From a virus: a stretch of 35,442 bases of DNA. The position numbers were made by a program, and so were the translations under genes. This document shows positions 33,861 to 35,442 of the stretch, one piece after another. Numbering within the stretch: position 1 is the stretch's first letter; every line of letters starts with the position of its first letter. The DNA is taken from positions 1 through 35,442 of the IMG/VR virus record IMGVR_UViG_3300031260_000108. One strand, written 5' to 3'. The notes beneath the pieces are model-generated. The model saw only the letters and a list, made by a program, of their open reading frames with translations, made no database searches and was not told where the DNA came from.

Positions 33861-35442
33861 TCATTTGATGAATACGAGTTTTCCGCGGCTTGTGACGTCC
33901 TTACTGAGGACGTGCCACACATTCCCCGTGGAGCCCATCATCTTCACACGCCCCGAAACCCTGACAGGATAAGACTCCGTGTTCCTGTACTTCACTACGA
34001 CCTTATCCCACTCATTCACCTTCGATGAATCCATCAGGGCCTCCTTCAGGACATTCAGGTCCCTCTTATTGATCCAGTTGTCCCCGCGCAGCACCTGCAC
34101 CCGTGGAGTGTACGGCATCTCTGCTGACGTCTTATCCTTCCGTATCCACGCCGTCAGGACCAGGGTCTCGCCGGGATCCAGGACACCGAGGGGCCGGCCC
34201 ACCACCGCGGGGCTGTAAGTGGATGTGAGGTTTGTTTTATGGCTGTACGTGCGTCCTGGTGCGGGGATGTCTGTGACTTTGAGTGTGACGCCTCCGTACT
34301 GGTAGAGGCGGTAGTCTCCGGGGACCTGGTTGTGGTTGAAGGACTCCAGGACACCCTCCAGTGTAGCCCCCGCATAATCGATGCTGATGGTGGGTGCAAG
34401 GCAATCATAGAGCCTATGATGATAATGCAGCCTATTAACTGGCGTGTATCCGCCGAAGTCCATATTATAACATGTTATACGATGCGGGAAGGAGCCATAT
34501 GCTCCACTTTGAAGGTTACGGGCCTTGCAGGATCTGTGCTGACTGAAACCATAACCCAAATCGGTGTTTTTATATACGACTGCATGGGCGTTCTGGAACC
34601 AGCAACCATCGAATAAGGCCCCGGCAGGATAAGTTAGGAACCCATTGGCTGAGTCTTCCCTGTGGATGAAGACACAGTTCTTAAATGTTGTATTCTGTGA
34701 CCAAGACACGCTCGTGTTGTAAAATGTGCTGTTCTGGACAGTATAAGGAGAACCATATCGCCCCCCATACCTTCCTGAAGAAATAATTGTGCATTTATCT
34801 GCAAGGACTCCGTCAGCCAACGGCATATTAAGTGTGGATGTCCCCCCGATACTGTTCCTGATTGTCGCGCCTTCAAAACGATAATAACCATGAGTATACG
34901 ATTCAAAGGACGAATCTCTTACTGTATCGAAGAATATTGTCCTGTTATATACTCCTACGTAGTCTCCTGCCAGCCGTCCATGGCCCAGGGCCCCGGTGAG
35001 GGTCACAGTCCTCGTAGACTTGTCATAGCTGGACACGGTGTACACTCCCTTCGCAGACTCCGTCATATAGTCGTTCACAGTCCCTGCCCCGATGAGAATC
35101 TGGTCCCCGGCCTGCAGGTTCATATCCTCGGAGAGTACGACCTGTGTGGCCCCGGCTGAGGCGTTGGCTGCGAGCGTGGTCCTGTTCAGGCGTTCATCCC
35201 ACCCATAGGCATAAATGTTAGGTGTTGTTATCCTGCTGTTGGATCCTTGCAGTTTTATCGTTGCCCTGACCTGTGACTCCTGCGCGGGCCTCTGCACACG
35301 GTTATCTGGTCTGCCAACCTGTAGGGTGCCCGTACCACCAATATTGATATCAGTGGCCATCTTGAGGTACGTTACGGTGTCAGTCTTCCATGATAAGACC
35401 CCATCCACTGTTAAACCGGCCAGTCCTGATGCGAAGCTGGAC
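33861..35442 (-). CDS. Tail fibre/receptor-binding protein, 5'-truncated (beta-helix-like plus C-terminal beta-sandwich)
   Basis: Frame stays open beyond 35408 to the window edge; repeated short beta-strand motifs; Thr/Gly/Asn rich. Confidence 0.65.
   Translation of the reverse strand, partial: SSFASGLAGLTVDGVLSWKTDTVTYLKMATDINIGGTGTLQVGRPDNRVQRPAQESQVRATIKLQGSNSRITTPNIYAYGWDERLNRTTLAANASAGATQVVLSEDMNLQAGDQILIGAGTVNDYMTESAKGVYTVSSYDKSTRTVTLTGALGHGRLAGDYVGVYNRTIFFDTVRDSSFESYTHGYYRFEGATIRNSIGGTSTLNMPLADGVLADKCTIISSGRYGGRYGSPYTVQNSTFYNTSVSWSQNTTFKNCVFIHREDSANGFLTYPAGALFDGCWFQNAHAVVYKNTDLGYGFSQHRSCKARNLQSGAYGSFPHRITCYNMDFGGYTPVNRLHYHHRLYDCLAPTISIDYAGATLEGVLESFNHNQVPGDYRLYQYGGVTLKVTDIPAPGRTYSHKTNLTSTYSPAVVGRPLGVLDPGETLVLTAWIRKDKTSAEMPYTPRVQVLRGDNWINKRDLNVLKEALMDSSKVNEWDKVVVKYRNTESYPVRVSGRVKMMGSTGNVWHVLSKDVTSRGKLVFIK

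Noticed and set aside
32256-35159. + strand ORFs opposite the phosphoesterase, lysin and fibre genes
   Set aside because: Antisense to well-supported genes and without motifs
1-35442. Restriction-site avoidance as a clue to the MTase target
   Set aside because: GATC, GGCC and CTAG all occur repeatedly; a real test needs computed k-mer statistics
1-35442. Integrase, tail sheath, DNA polymerase, tRNA or rRNA genes
   Set aside because: No supporting motifs or cloverleaf seen; they could lie outside the window

Overview
The window is most of the genome of a tailed archaeal virus or provirus (Caudoviricetes, siphovirus-like: tail tube and long tape measure, no sheath). Its host is very probably a pseudomurein-walled methanogen (Methanobacteriales), because it encodes a lysin with pseudomurein-binding repeats and uses GGTGA-type ribosome binding sites and TATA-type promoters. 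1-14.9 kb (minus strand): morphogenesis block (terminase, portal, MuF, protease/scaffold, capsid, neck, tail tube, chaperones, tape measure). 15-17 kb: transcription regulators, including TFB-like pieces. 16.9-21.0 kb: the most notable element, a tightly coupled, array-less type IV-B CRISPR-Cas-derived operon (csf1, an unannotated 43-aa membrane peptide, cas11, csf2, csf3, a DNA methyltransferase and a cysteine-free CysH-like protein). 21-25.4 kb: early/accessory region with small acidic ORFs, an AbrB-like regulator, a low-GC paralog pair and a stand-alone Csx16-family protein that is a candidate viral ring nuclease. 25.4-31.5 kb: replication module (PCNA, iteron-rich origin candidate, P-loop helicase, annealing recombinase). 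31.6-35.4 kb: tail fibre and lysis genes. No CRISPR array, integrase or DNA polymerase was seen. All family assignments come from motif recognition by eye, not from database searches.
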